Source: an uncultured Opitutales bacterium (lineage in GTDB: Bacteria; Verrucomicrobiota; Verrucomicrobiia; Opitutales; Intestinicryptomonadaceae). Taken from it: a DNA stretch of 32,000 nt. The notes below the pieces were generated by a model that was not told where the DNA came from, ran no database searches, and worked only from the letters and a program-made list of their open reading frames with translations. Location of the stretch: NCBI GenBank assembly GCA_934660865.1, contig CAKUIA010000002.1, positions 30,001 to 62,000 on the forward strand. Direction: 5' to 3'. Position 1 is the first letter of the stretch, and the number at the start of each line of letters is the position of its first letter. A program made the translations under genes and the position numbers. This document shows positions 1 through 9,762 of this stretch, piece by piece.

Positions 1-6
1 ACCGTT

Positions 7-1128
7 ATGAAACACTTTAAATTATATACAATTACGCTTTTTGCGCTAACGCTCGGGCTTTGCGGCTGCAAAAAAGAAAACCAACAAAAAACCGCCGCCC
101 TGCCCAACACAGTGGTTGCGGCCTACCCCATTGTAAAAGACGTTGAAATTAAAAACGACTACGCCGCGCGCGCAGTCGCCTACGAAGAGGCCGAAATTAG
201 GGCGCGCGTTGGAGGGTATCTGGAAAAGGTGTTCTTCGGCAAGGGAGCCACTGTAGAAAAAGGCGCGCCGCTTTTTAAGATAGACGACAGACCCTATATG
301 GCTGCACTGCAGGCTGCAAAGGCAAATGTGCAGGCGGCGCAATCGCATGTGGCTTTGGCAAACGACAACGCCGAAAGGGCGCGCGGGCTTTTTAAGCGCA
401 ATGCAATTTCCAAAGAGCTTTACCAAACAAGGGAAACCGAGCTGCTTATAGCAAAGGCAAAGCTTGCCGAGGCCAAGGCAGCCCTTACAAACGCGCAGTT
501 AAACTTGCAATACACAACGGTTTGCGCGCCAGTTTCGGGCAAGGTTGGCGAAAACCTTGCCGACACAGGCAACCTGGTATCGGCGCATGTTACAAAACTT
601 GCAAGAATTGTAAACGATTCCAAAATTAAGGTATACTACGAGCTTAATTCGGCCGACGCCTTCCGCTACAAAACAAGCGGGCTATTAAAAGACATAGACA
701 ATAAAAAGGGGGTCAAGGTTTTGTTTGCGCCGAAAAATTCGGGGGGAGCTGTCTGCGGCGCGCTTTGCTACTACGACAACGCGATGGATTCTACTACGGC
801 ATCTCTTGTAATGCGAGCCGACATAGACAATAAAGACAACAGGCTTTTTGCGGGCTCGTACGGAACGATAACGGTTTTTGAGGGCGTAAAAAACAACGCC
901 CTTTTAGTGCCCAGCAACGCCGTTGGAACCGATATGACGGGCAAATACCTTGTTGTTGTAAAAGACGGCAAAGCCGCAAACATTCCCGTAAAAACGGGGG
1001 CTGTTGTCGGCAAATTCACCGTTATAGAAAGCGGCATTCAAAAAGACAGCCTTGTTGTTGTAAAGGGTCTGCAAAGGGCAGCCCAAAACCCGCAGGTAAA
1101 CGTGCAAATAGAAAAGCTGGAATTTTAA
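7..1128 (+). CDS. RND efflux periplasmic adaptor (membrane fusion protein, HlyD/AcrA family), lipoprotein
   Basis: N-terminal signal peptide with lipobox LGLC-GC. The size (373 aa) and the coiled-coil-rich middle (AALQAAKANVQAAQSHVALANDNAERA...) are typical of AcrA/MexA adaptors. It sits 28 nt upstream of an RND pump gene. Confidence 0.9.
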   Translation: MKHFKLYTITLFALTLGLCGCKKENQQKTAALPNTVVAAYPIVKDVEIKNDYAARAVAYEEAEIRARVGGYLEKVFFGKGATVEKGAPLFKIDDRPYMAALQAAKANVQAAQSHVALANDNAERARGLFKRNAISKELYQTRETELLIAKAKLAEAKAALTNAQLNLQYTTVCAPVSGKVGENLADTGNLVSAHVTKLARIVNDSKIKVYYELNSADAFRYKTSGLLKDIDNKKGVKVLFAPKNSGGAVCGALCYYDNAMDSTTASLVMRADIDNKDNRLFAGSYGTITVFEGVKNNALLVPSNAVGTDMTGKYLVVVKDGKAANIPVKTGAVVGKFTVIESGIQKDSLVVVKGLQRAAQNPQVNVQIEKLEF

Positions 1129-1156
1129 CTAGCATAAAAATCTTTAGGCGAAAAAT

Positions 1157-4100
1157 ATGAAAAAGTTTTGCGATTTCTTTATAGACAGGCCGATTTTTGC
1201 CACGGTTGTGTCGATTGTAATTGTGCTTTTGGGCGCTATAGGCTTTTCGGGGCTGCCGATTTCGCAGTATCCCGACATTGTGCCGCCTACAATAGCAATA
1301 GACGCAATGTACCCGGGGGCTTCGCCCGAAACGCTGATGAAAACCGTTGCAACCCCAATAGAGCAGGAGCTAAACGGCATAGAAAATATGATGTATGTTA
1401 CAAGCCGCTGCAATTCCGACGGCACTGTAAGCATAGAAATTGCATTCGAGCTTGGCACCGACATAAATCAGGCGCAGGTTTTAACGCAGAACAGGGTTGA
1501 AGTTGCAAAACCTGTTTTGCCCGAAGAAGTGCGCAACATCGGCGTGCGCGTTTCCAAACGCTCGCCCAGCCTGCTTTTGGGCATAGGGCTATATTCGCCC
1601 GACAAATCGCGCGATACCGCCTATATTACCAACTACTATCTAACCCAAATGCGCGACAGGCTTTTAAGGGTAGACGGCGTTGGCTCTATAATGGAATACG
1701 GCGCCAGGGAATTTAGCATGCGCATTTGGCTGGACCCCAACAGATTGGCAGACCTAAAAATTTCGCCCTTGCAGGTATATGCCGCAATAAAAAAGCAGAA
1801 TAAAAACGTAGCCTCGGGCAAGCTAAACCAGTCGCCCACCGGCAACCCCGACGCCTCGCACGAAATTTTGATAGAGACAAAAGGCGGCCTTACCGAAGCG
1901 GGCGAATTTGCCGACATAATCGTTGCAAAAACCCCAGCGGGCAAACTTGTGCGCCTGCGCGACGTTTCAAGAATAGAGCTTGGCGCATATTCCTATACCG
2001 ACGCCGCCTTTTACAAGGAAGGCAGCGCAATAGCATTGCTTGTATACCAAACCCCCGGGTCTAACGCGTCGAACACGGCGGGCGAAGTTTTAAAGCTTTT
2101 CGAGGAAATGAAAAAGGATTTCCCCTCGGGCGTAGACTACGCGGTGGGCATGGACAACACCGTGTATATTGCAGACTCCATTAAGGCTGTGTTCCGCACA
2201 ATACTGGAGGCTACAGTGCTTGTTGTTTTTGTAATGGTGCTTTTCCTGCAAAACTTAAGGTCGGCAATAATTCCACTTTTTGCGATACCGATTTCGCTTA
2301 TAGGCACTTTCTTTTTCATGAAAATTTTCGGGTTTACAATAAACAACCTTACCCTTTTCGGGCTGGTTCTTGCCATAGGCATTGTTGTAGACGACGCGAT
2401 TGTGGTTGTAGAGAATATAGAAAGAAATATGCGCGGCGGCCTAAGCGCAAAGGAAGCCGCAAAGAAGGCCATGGCGCAGGTTTCGGGCGCGCTGGTTGCC
2501 ATTGTTTTGGTGCTTAGCGCGGTGTTTGTGCCGACGGCTTTTGTAAGGGGCATTACGGGCGAATTTTACAGGCAGTTTGCGCTTACAATAGCGGCCTCTA
2601 CCATAATTTCGGGCATTGTTTCGCTTACGCTGACGCCCGCCGTTGCCGCAATTTTAATGGAAAAGCCCGAAAGGGAAAACTTTGCCATTAAGTGCTACAA
2701 CGCAATTTTCGGCAAACCCTTTTCGGCGTTCAACAAGCTGTTCGAAAAATCGGCGGCCTTATACGGCAAATGCGTGTTTAAAATTCTGAAAATTTCGGCG
2801 CTATTGGCGCTTTTATATGTCGCGCTTTTGGCCGCCACCGTGTTTGTGTTCGACAAATCCGACAAGGGCTTTATTCCGCCGCAAGACACCTGCTACTTTT
2901 ACCTTGCAGTAGAGCTGCCCGACGGCGCAACTTTAGAGCGCACCGAAAACGTGCTTAAAAAGGCCGAAAAGACAATATATAAAACCCTGCCCGAAGCGCA
3001 AAAGTGCATGCTTATGGCGGGGCTAAACATTGCAAACTTAGGCAGAATGCCGAACGGAGCTACGGTTTTCATACAGCTTGAAAGCAAGGAAACCAGAAAC
3101 GCAAAAGGCATTGCGTTGGAAGGCTCAATAAACCGCCTTATGGCGGCCTTGTATGCCGAAATTCCGGAGGCCAATTTTTACGCCATAAAACCGCCCGTTG
3201 TTTCCGGCATAGGCATGGGCGGCGACTTTAAAGGCTACATTCAAGACAAGTCCGCAAAAGGGCTGGGCGAGATAGAAAAAGACGTAAAAGCCATGGTCGC
3301 CCAAGCCCGAAAAGAGCCCTCGATTTCAACAGCACTTACAATGTTTTCCATTGCAAGCCCGCGCATTAGTTTGGATATAGACCGCCAGCAGGCCGAGAAA
3401 ATGGGGGCCGACATATCTTCGGTATTTTCGGCGCTAAGCTTTAATTTCGGTTCGGTTTATGTAAACGACTTTAACATTTTAAACCGCACCTACAAGGTTG
3501 TTGCCCAAGCCGAGGGCAAAGACCGAAGCTCGGCAAACGACCTTCTTAAAATGAAAGTGCTTTTGCAAAACGGCAAAACCGCGCAAATAGGCAGCTTTGC
3601 CTCGATTAAAAGCACGGTTGGCCCCGAAGTTATAACGCGCTACAATCTGTATCCCGCAGCCGAAATTATGGGCAATGTTTCGCGCGGACATTCAACGGGG
3701 CAGGCAATAAACGCAATAGAGCAAATTGCAGAGCAAACCCTGCCGAACGGCGTGGGCCTTGAGTGGACCGACTTGGCGTTTCAGGAAAAGCGCACGGGCT
3801 CTACAACCGCGGTTATAACGTTTACCTTGTGCGTTGTGTTTGTATTCCTTATTTTGGCGGCGCTTTACGAAAGCTGGAAGCTTCCCCTTTCGGTTGTGCT
3901 TATTGTGCCGCTTGTATTGCTGTTCTCTATTTTGGGCGTGCAGCTTTTGGGGCAGGACGTAAACGTGCTAACGCAGGTCGGCTTTATCGTTCTTATAGGC
4001 TTGGCGTGTAAAAACGCAATTTTGATTGTGGAATTTGCAAAGCAGCGCCAAGACTCGGGCGAAGAAATTACAAGCGCAATTTCGAACGCCGCAAAGAACA

Positions 4101-4315
4101 GGCTGCGCCCGATTATAATGACATCGTTTGCGTTCATCTTGGGCGTAGTGCCCCTGGTGGTGGCTTCGGGCACGGGCTCGGAACTTAGAAACGCTTTGGG
4201 CACGCCCGTGTTTTTCGGAATGTTGGGCGTTACCGCAGTGGGGCTAATTTTTACCCCCGTATTTTTCTATTTAATAAGAAAACCGCGCAACACGGCAAAA
4301 ACTGCGCAAAAATAA
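1157..4315 (+). CDS. RND multidrug efflux transporter permease (AcrB/MexB-type, HAE1 family)
   Basis: 1052 aa. N-terminus MKKFCDFFIDRPIFATVVSIVIVLLG is typical of the family. Contains the conserved proton-relay segment GIVVDDAIVVVENIER, two large periplasmic loops and 12 predicted TM segments. Confidence 0.95.
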   Translation: MKKFCDFFIDRPIFATVVSIVIVLLGAIGFSGLPISQYPDIVPPTIAIDAMYPGASPETLMKTVATPIEQELNGIENMMYVTSRCNSDGTVSIEIAFELGTDINQAQVLTQNRVEVAKPVLPEEVRNIGVRVSKRSPSLLLGIGLYSPDKSRDTAYITNYYLTQMRDRLLRVDGVGSIMEYGAREFSMRIWLDPNRLADLKISPLQVYAAIKKQNKNVASGKLNQSPTGNPDASHEILIETKGGLTEAGEFADIIVAKTPAGKLVRLRDVSRIELGAYSYTDAAFYKEGSAIALLVYQTPGSNASNTAGEVLKLFEEMKKDFPSGVDYAVGMDNTVYIADSIKAVFRTILEATVLVVFVMVLFLQNLRSAIIPLFAIPISLIGTFFFMKIFGFTINNLTLFGLVLAIGIVVDDAIVVVENIERNMRGGLSAKEAAKKAMAQVSGALVAIVLVLSAVFVPTAFVRGITGEFYRQFALTIAASTIISGIVSLTLTPAVAAILMEKPERENFAIKCYNAIFGKPFSAFNKLFEKSAALYGKCVFKILKISALLALLYVALLAATVFVFDKSDKGFIPPQDTCYFYLAVELPDGATLERTENVLKKAEKTIYKTLPEAQKCMLMAGLNIANLGRMPNGATVFIQLESKETRNAKGIALEGSINRLMAALYAEIPEANFYAIKPPVVSGIGMGGDFKGYIQDKSAKGLGEIEKDVKAMVAQARKEPSISTALTMFSIASPRISLDIDRQQAEKMGADISSVFSALSFNFGSVYVNDFNILNRTYKVVAQAEGKDRSSANDLLKMKVLLQNGKTAQIGSFASIKSTVGPEVITRYNLYPAAEIMGNVSRGHSTGQAINAIEQIAEQTLPNGVGLEWTDLAFQEKRTGSTTAVITFTLCVVFVFLILAALYESWKLPLSVVLIVPLVLLFSILGVQLLGQDVNVLTQVGFIVLIGLACKNAILIVEFAKQRQDSGEEITSAISNAAKNRLRPIIMTSFAFILGVVPLVVASGTGSELRNALGTPVFFGMLGVTAVGLIFTPVFFYLIRKPRNTAKTAQK

Positions 4316-4327
4316 AAAGGCAATTTA

Positions 4328-5809
4328 ATGAGCAACATAAAAAACATTTTGGCTATTGTGCCTATTTTCGCGCTTAGCGCGTGCATGGTAGCCCCCGAAT
4401 ACGAAGATCCAAACAAAAGCATAGGCGAAGGGGAAATTTTAAATTTCGAAAAATTTTCGCACGACAAGGGGCAGTGGAAAACCGCAAACCCGCAGGATAC
4501 CCTAAGCCGGGGCAAATGGTACGACGTTTTTAACGACCCCGTACTGTCGGAATATATGCAAAGCTGCAAAGACGACAACCCCGACATAATGTCGCTTTAC
4601 TACAAGGTGCAGCAGGCCGCCGAGGCCGCGTCTATGACGCGCAGCCACCTATACCCGAACGCTTCGGGCAGCGCCTACTATTTTAAAAACGAAGTCGGAG
4701 ACCATTCGTTGATACGCCCCTTCGGCAACGCGTTCGAGGACTGGGCGCTGGGCGCTACCCTAACCTGGGACGCCGACTTGTTCGGCAGAATACGCAGCGT
4801 TTTGGCAGCATCGAAAGCCGAGGCGCAGTCGGCTTTAATGGAATACGAAAACGCGCTGCTTTCGCTACAGACAAAAGTTGCAGCCCTCTATTTCTCGATA
4901 GCCGAAATGCAAAGCGAAATTGCGGTTTTAAAAAACACTTTAAAACTTAGGGAAAGCCAGACAAAGTTTGTTGCAAGCAGGTGCGAAATGCAAAGCGCAA
5001 GCGCAGCCGACTTGGAAAGGGCAAAGGCCCTGCAGTTTTCTACGGCGGCCCAGCTTACACAACTTAAAGAAAGCGTGGCCGTTGCCAAAAACACAATGGC
5101 GGCCCTGTTGGGCAAAACGCCTTCGGCAATAAAAATAAAGGTTGCCCCCCTGGGAGGCAAACCGCCCGAAATTCCGCTGGAAGTTCCCTCTAAACTGCTG
5201 GAGCGCCGCGCCGACATTGCCGCCGCCGAGCGTATGGTTTTTGCCGCAAACCGCCGCATAGGGGCGGCAAACGCCGCGTTTTTCCCCACAATTTCTATTA
5301 CAAGCTCGCTTGGAACCGAGTCTACCGCATTTTCGAAGCTGCTTAACACAAGCTCGTTTGCGTGGGGCGTTAGCCCGCAAATATACATACCGCTGTTTCA
5401 GGCGGGCAAGCTTAGGGCGCAAAAAAGGGCGGCTTTGGCGAAACACCAGGCAGCCTTGCAAGACTACAAAAGCAAGGTGCTAAACGCCGTAAAGGAATGC
5501 GAAAACGCCCTGGCCAAAAGCGCGCACACAAAGCAGCGGTCTAAACAGCTTTTGCTTGCCTACAACGCCGCAAACAGGGCCGACAAAATCACCCAAGAGC
5601 AATACGAAGCGGGCGTTATAGACTACTTTCAGGCGTGCCAGTCGCATGCAAGCGCCCTTTCGGCAAAGCTGGCGCTTATGGAAAGCCGCGGCAAAGAATA
5701 TAGAAACGCAGTAGAACTTATACGCGCCTTGGGCGGGGCGTGGGAATTTAAAGCCCCCGAAAAAAACGTGCTTGAAAGCGCGCGCGACATTTTCGAGCAA
5801 AGCGAATAG
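4328..5809 (+). CDS. RND efflux outer-membrane factor lipoprotein (NodT/OprM family)
   Basis: Lipobox FALSAC. 493 aa with a two-fold repeated OEP-type helical/beta architecture. Third gene of the efflux operon, 12 nt after the pump gene. Confidence 0.9.
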   Translation: MSNIKNILAIVPIFALSACMVAPEYEDPNKSIGEGEILNFEKFSHDKGQWKTANPQDTLSRGKWYDVFNDPVLSEYMQSCKDDNPDIMSLYYKVQQAAEAASMTRSHLYPNASGSAYYFKNEVGDHSLIRPFGNAFEDWALGATLTWDADLFGRIRSVLAASKAEAQSALMEYENALLSLQTKVAALYFSIAEMQSEIAVLKNTLKLRESQTKFVASRCEMQSASAADLERAKALQFSTAAQLTQLKESVAVAKNTMAALLGKTPSAIKIKVAPLGGKPPEIPLEVPSKLLERRADIAAAERMVFAANRRIGAANAAFFPTISITSSLGTESTAFSKLLNTSSFAWGVSPQIYIPLFQAGKLRAQKRAALAKHQAALQDYKSKVLNAVKECENALAKSAHTKQRSKQLLLAYNAANRADKITQEQYEAGVIDYFQACQSHASALSAKLALMESRGKEYRNAVELIRALGGAWEFKAPEKNVLESARDIFEQSE

Positions 5810-5818
5810 CCGCAACGC

Positions 5819-5847
5819 AAACGCCCGTGCAAACGCGGGCGTTTTTA
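5819..5847 (+). terminator. Rho-independent terminator of the efflux operon
   Basis: 7-bp GC-rich stem ACGCCCG(5821-5827)/CGGGCGT(5836-5842), 8-nt loop, followed by a T run (5842-5846). Lies 10 nt after the stop codon. Confidence 0.75.
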
Positions 5848-5918
5848 CCTTTTAAACGGCCCATTTTCCTAAAAAAAGCATTGAAAAGATATTCAAACTA
5901 TTTAGCTTTGTTTGGCGT

Positions 5919-7289
5919 ATGAAAATTTGTTGCATAGGCGCAGGCTATGTAGGTGGCCCTACAATGGCCGTTATTGCCCAAAAGTGTCCAGATATTCACG
6001 TAAGCGTCGTGGATATCAACCAGGCAAGAATAGACCAATGGAATTCCGAAAACCTACCCGTATACGAGCCGGGGCTTTACGAAGTCGTTAAGGAAACAAG
6101 AAACCGCAACCTCTTCTTTTCCACCAATCTGGGCGGGGCGATAGAAACGTCGGACATAATTTTTATGGCGGTAAACACCCCCACAAAAAATTTCGGCGAG
6201 GGCGCAAACAAGGCGGCCGACCTGTCGTATATAGAATCCTGCGCAATGCAGATTGCAAAATACGCCAAGGACAAAAAAATCATAGTCGAAAAGGCAACGG
6301 TTCCCGTAAAGACGGCTGCGGCAATAAAGTCGATTTTGGCCAATTCGGAGCACCCCGAAAATTTCCAAATTGTTTCGAACCCCGAATTTTTGGCCGAAGG
6401 CACCGCAATTAGCGACCTAAACAACCCCGACAGAATTTTGATTGGCGGCGACATAGACACCGCCGAAGGCCAAAAGGCGGTAAATACGGTTGTAGACTTG
6501 TATGCCCGCTGGGTAGACCGCAAAAAGATAATAACCACAAACCTTTGGTCTAGCGAGCTTAGCAAACTTACCGCAAACGCATTTTTGGCGCAAAGAATAA
6601 GCTCTATAAACTCCATTAGCGCCCTGTGCGAAGCTACGGGGGCAAACGTATACGAAGTTGCCTCGGCAATAGGCGCCGACCACAGAATAGGCAAAAACTT
6701 CCTTAAAAGCTCGGTTGGTTTCGGGGGCTCGTGCTTTCAAAAAGACGTGCTAAACCTTTCGTATCTATGCGAATATTATGGCCTTACAAAAGTGGCCCAA
6801 TATTGGCAAAGCGTTGTAGACATGAACAACTACCAGAAATACCGCTTTGCAAAAGGCGTATGCCAGGCCTTGTTCAACACAATGTCCACAAAAAAAATCG
6901 CCATATTCGGCTATGCCTTTAAGGCCGACACAAACGACATTCGTGAAACTCCCGCAATAGACGTTTGCCGCTACTTTTTAAACGAACGCGCAAATATTTC
7001 GGTGTACGACCCAAAAGTAGAGCCCGAAAAAATATTTTCGTCGCTGGGCGCAAACGAGGGCGACAACCACATAAAGGTTTGCAAAACCCCCTACGAAGCG
7101 GCAAGCGGCGCAAACGCCATTGTTGTTTTAACCGACTGGCAGGAGTTTTCGAAGCTAGACTACGGGAAAATCAAAACGCAAATGGCGTCGCCCGCCTGGG
7201 TGTTCGACGGCAGAAACTGTTTGGACAAACACGCGCTTAAAAAGCTGGGCTTTAACGTCTACACAATAGGCGTCGGCATTTCGCAATAG
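5919..7289 (+). CDS. ugd: UDP-glucose 6-dehydrogenase (animal/eukaryote-like type)
   Basis: N-terminal Rossmann motif KICCIGAGYVGGPT; catalytic-Cys segment GFGGSCFQKD; also NPEFLAEGTAI and SSELSKLTANAFLAQRISSINSISALCEATGA. Colinear over the full length with animal UGDH as I recall it. Confidence 0.93.
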   Translation: MKICCIGAGYVGGPTMAVIAQKCPDIHVSVVDINQARIDQWNSENLPVYEPGLYEVVKETRNRNLFFSTNLGGAIETSDIIFMAVNTPTKNFGEGANKAADLSYIESCAMQIAKYAKDKKIIVEKATVPVKTAAAIKSILANSEHPENFQIVSNPEFLAEGTAISDLNNPDRILIGGDIDTAEGQKAVNTVVDLYARWVDRKKIITTNLWSSELSKLTANAFLAQRISSINSISALCEATGANVYEVASAIGADHRIGKNFLKSSVGFGGSCFQKDVLNLSYLCEYYGLTKVAQYWQSVVDMNNYQKYRFAKGVCQALFNTMSTKKIAIFGYAFKADTNDIRETPAIDVCRYFLNERANISVYDPKVEPEKIFSSLGANEGDNHIKVCKTPYEAASGANAIVVLTDWQEFSKLDYGKIKTQMASPAWVFDGRNCLDKHALKKLGFNVYTIGVGISQ

Positions 7290-7328
7290 CGTTTGCAAAC
7301 GGTGCAATTTTTGCGCCGTATTTTTTGC

Positions 7329-7347
7329 CGCGCACACGCGCGTTTTT
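7329..7347 (+). terminator. Weak hairpin plus T5, possible attenuating terminator after ugd
   Basis: 5-bp all-GC stem CGCGC/GCGCG with ACAC loop (7329-7342), followed by TTTTT (7343-7347). The stem is short, so it may only be partial. Confidence 0.35.
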
Positions 7348-7373
7348 CACGGAACTTAAAATATCGGCACACA

Positions 7374-9698
7374 ATGAGGGCACTTATTCTTGCAATGGGC
7401 ATTATAATGTCGCTTGGCGCGGCTTTTGCCGATTGCGCCCTTGTAAAAAACAACCTGCTTTCGGCGCAAATTTCCGTTGCCGAAAATGCCGACGCAAACG
7501 AGAAAGAGGCGGCGAAAATCCTGCGCGAAATTCTCGAATTTGCGGCAAAAGATTCGGGCTATGCCGCGCAAATAGGCGACAATGGCACCGTAAACATTGC
7601 GCTGGCAATAAACGAAGCTTCGCCAACCTTTAAAGACGCGCTAAAAAACAATTTCAAAAAACGCCCCTGCTACCGCTTTACGGTTTGCGACAACAATATA
7701 AAAATCCTGTACCCCGAAACGCAAAACGCCGTAAACGCCGTGGGGTTTTTCCTGCAAAAAATCGGCTTTAGGTTTTTCGGAACGCAAAAAAGCCAATGGC
7801 TTGTTCCGCAACTAAAAAGCATAAAGAATTTCGACGGGGAATTTACGCCCGCCTTTGCCTCGGCGCATGTCTACACCGACAACCCCACCCCGCAGTGTAT
7901 GCTGTTTTTAAAACTAAACGGCAACAACCCGGCCTTTGGGGGCTTCGGGCACAACCTGCAAAACATATTCCCCAAAAAGCTGCTTAAAACAAGCCCGCAA
8001 TTCAGAGCAAGCATAAAAGCGTGCAACCCCGAAAACCTGCGCTACGAAAACCCCAATTTTTTAAGCGATGCCGCAGCCTACCGCGCGGCCGACTACGCCG
8101 AAAAATATTTTTCGGCAAACCCCGACAAATTGTGGCTTTCGCTTTCGATTTGCGACGACGCGAATTTCGACGAAAGCCTGTACCCGCAAAGCGCGCAAAA
8201 ATATTTTTTTAGAAATGCGCCCGACAAAAGCGGCGAGGTTTTTTATTTTACAAACAAGGCGGCAAAAATCGTTTCGCGGAAATTCCCCGACAGATACTTG
8301 GGCTGCCTTGCCTACCTAATTTGCGAAAAACCGCCCAGCTTTGGGCTGGAAAAAAACCTGATACCGATATTTACAACCGACAGGGAAAACTATTTTGACG
8401 AATCCTATAAGCGGCAGGATTTCGACACAATAGCCCAATGGGGCAAAAAAAGCAAAGTATTCGGCATATACGACTACGCGCACGGAACGGGCTATGCCGT
8501 GCCGCACAACATTGAAAACCATATTTTTGAGGGGATGGACTGCGCCTATAAAAACGGCGCAAAAATATATTTCGGCGAATACACTCCCTTTTGGGAATAC
8601 GACAACTTCAAGATGTATGCGGTGCTAAAAAAGCTGAATTTTATAGACGCCGATTTAAACGAAATAAAAAGGGAGTTTTTCGGGTTCAAATACGGCAAGG
8701 CCGCCCCCTTTGTTATGGAATTTTTCGACGCCGCGCAAAATGTTTGGGCGTCGCAAAAAAGGCGGCCGCGCTGGCTGGGCACATATTTAAAGGAAAGCAC
8801 ACTTGCGCTTTTCGACGCAAACACTATCGGCAAAATGCAGCTTTGCATCGAAAAGGCGCTAAACACCCCCAATTCGCCGAAAGCCTTTTTAAACGTCTAC
8901 GAGCTTTCGAAGGCGTTTGAATTTACGAAAGCCTCTGTGAAAAAATTCGAACTTCAGCAAAAGCTTTGCAACATTCAAATAAAAGACAAGGCGTCGGCAA
9001 AAGAGGCGCTAAAACTTTTCGCGCTTTGCGAAAAAGCCGAACAAAGGGTTTTGGCTGCAAGGCAAAACATTTCGTCGAACGGCAAAATATGCAAAGACAT
9101 ACCGCAAATAACATGGCCCATTGCAATTTCGAAGTTGGCGTTTGCGCAAAAGATAAAAAAGTTTTTGGCAGACGGCGAAATTGAGCCGAAAAGCGAAACT
9201 CTTAACAACTTCCTAAAAATCGCCCCAATAGAAAAGCCCTTGTTTTACTACTCGTTTAAAAACAAAAACGCGGGCGCTCAAGCCGCATTTTCGCCAATGC
9301 CCAAAGAGTTTTTGGCAAGCTACAAAGTCTACGAAAATATGCGCTTTAATTTGGGAGAATTTTTGCAGATAGCCGCGGCCGAATCGGTTTGTCTTTCAAG
9401 ATACGAAAATGCCGCCCCCGGCAAAAGCTACCTTTTTAAAATCTCGGCAAAGGCGAAAATGCAAATCGGATCGCAATGGTCTTTGTTTTGCCTGTTTTTA
9501 GACAAAAACAACAAGGTTTTAAAAAGAAGCTACGTTTCGCTGCCGTCGCCGTGCAACTTTGGCGATTTTAGAGAATTTGCGATTGCCGAAACCGCCCCAA
9601 AAGGCACAAAAAAAGCGGGCTTTCAGCTTTCGGCCGCCTACATGAAAGAGGGCGACGAAATTTTGGTTGGGGATTTTTCGGTTTTTGTTTCGCAATAA
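7374..9698 (+). CDS. Secreted protein of unknown function, DUF4838-like (glycoside-hydrolase-like) with C-terminal beta-sandwich-like region
   Basis: The ORF-track start at 7293 is TTG. The first ATG (7374) gives a signal peptide MRALILAMGIIMSLGAAFA-DC. The N-terminal pattern, then FGGFGHNL...NPNFLSD...LSLSICDDANF...CLAYL, resembles my recollection of DUF4838 proteins; this was not searched. Confidence 0.8.
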   Translation: MRALILAMGIIMSLGAAFADCALVKNNLLSAQISVAENADANEKEAAKILREILEFAAKDSGYAAQIGDNGTVNIALAINEASPTFKDALKNNFKKRPCYRFTVCDNNIKILYPETQNAVNAVGFFLQKIGFRFFGTQKSQWLVPQLKSIKNFDGEFTPAFASAHVYTDNPTPQCMLFLKLNGNNPAFGGFGHNLQNIFPKKLLKTSPQFRASIKACNPENLRYENPNFLSDAAAYRAADYAEKYFSANPDKLWLSLSICDDANFDESLYPQSAQKYFFRNAPDKSGEVFYFTNKAAKIVSRKFPDRYLGCLAYLICEKPPSFGLEKNLIPIFTTDRENYFDESYKRQDFDTIAQWGKKSKVFGIYDYAHGTGYAVPHNIENHIFEGMDCAYKNGAKIYFGEYTPFWEYDNFKMYAVLKKLNFIDADLNEIKREFFGFKYGKAAPFVMEFFDAAQNVWASQKRRPRWLGTYLKESTLALFDANTIGKMQLCIEKALNTPNSPKAFLNVYELSKAFEFTKASVKKFELQQKLCNIQIKDKASAKEALKLFALCEKAEQRVLAARQNISSNGKICKDIPQITWPIAISKLAFAQKIKKFLADGEIEPKSETLNNFLKIAPIEKPLFYYSFKNKNAGAQAAFSPMPKEFLASYKVYENMRFNLGEFLQIAAAESVCLSRYENAAPGKSYLFKISAKAKMQIGSQWSLFCLFLDKNNKVLKRSYVSLPSPCNFGDFREFAIAETAPKGTKKAGFQLSAAYMKEGDEILVGDFSVFVSQ

Positions 9699-9762
9699 AA
9701 AAGGCGCGCTTTTTGCAACGCACCTAACAAATATATAAAAGCGCAAAGAAAGACGAGAACTA

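Noticed and set aside
5881-5918. Promoter for ugd (TTGAAA at 5881, GATATT at 5888).
   Set aside because: The two hexamers are too close to each other to pair, and neither finds a partner at 16-19 nt spacing. I cannot support a specific promoter call from the sequence alone.
7293-7373. N-terminal extensions in the ORF track: 7293 (TTG), 19948 (TTG), 25933 (TTG), 31292 (GTG), 31217 (TTG, minus strand) and 28054 (ATG, minus strand).
   Set aside because: The extensions start at non-ATG codons or run through terminators and promoter-like AT-rich DNA. In every case a downstream ATG gives a canonical family N-terminus or a proper signal peptide or lipobox. I trimmed the starts accordingly.
9697-9715. 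AAAAAAGGCGCGCTTTTT as a bidirectional terminator between the convergent 775-aa gene and ptsI.
   Set aside because: Only two G-C pairs can form around a 5-nt loop, and the rest of the stem is A-T. It is too weak to call. Termination here may be Rho-dependent or use a structure I cannot see.
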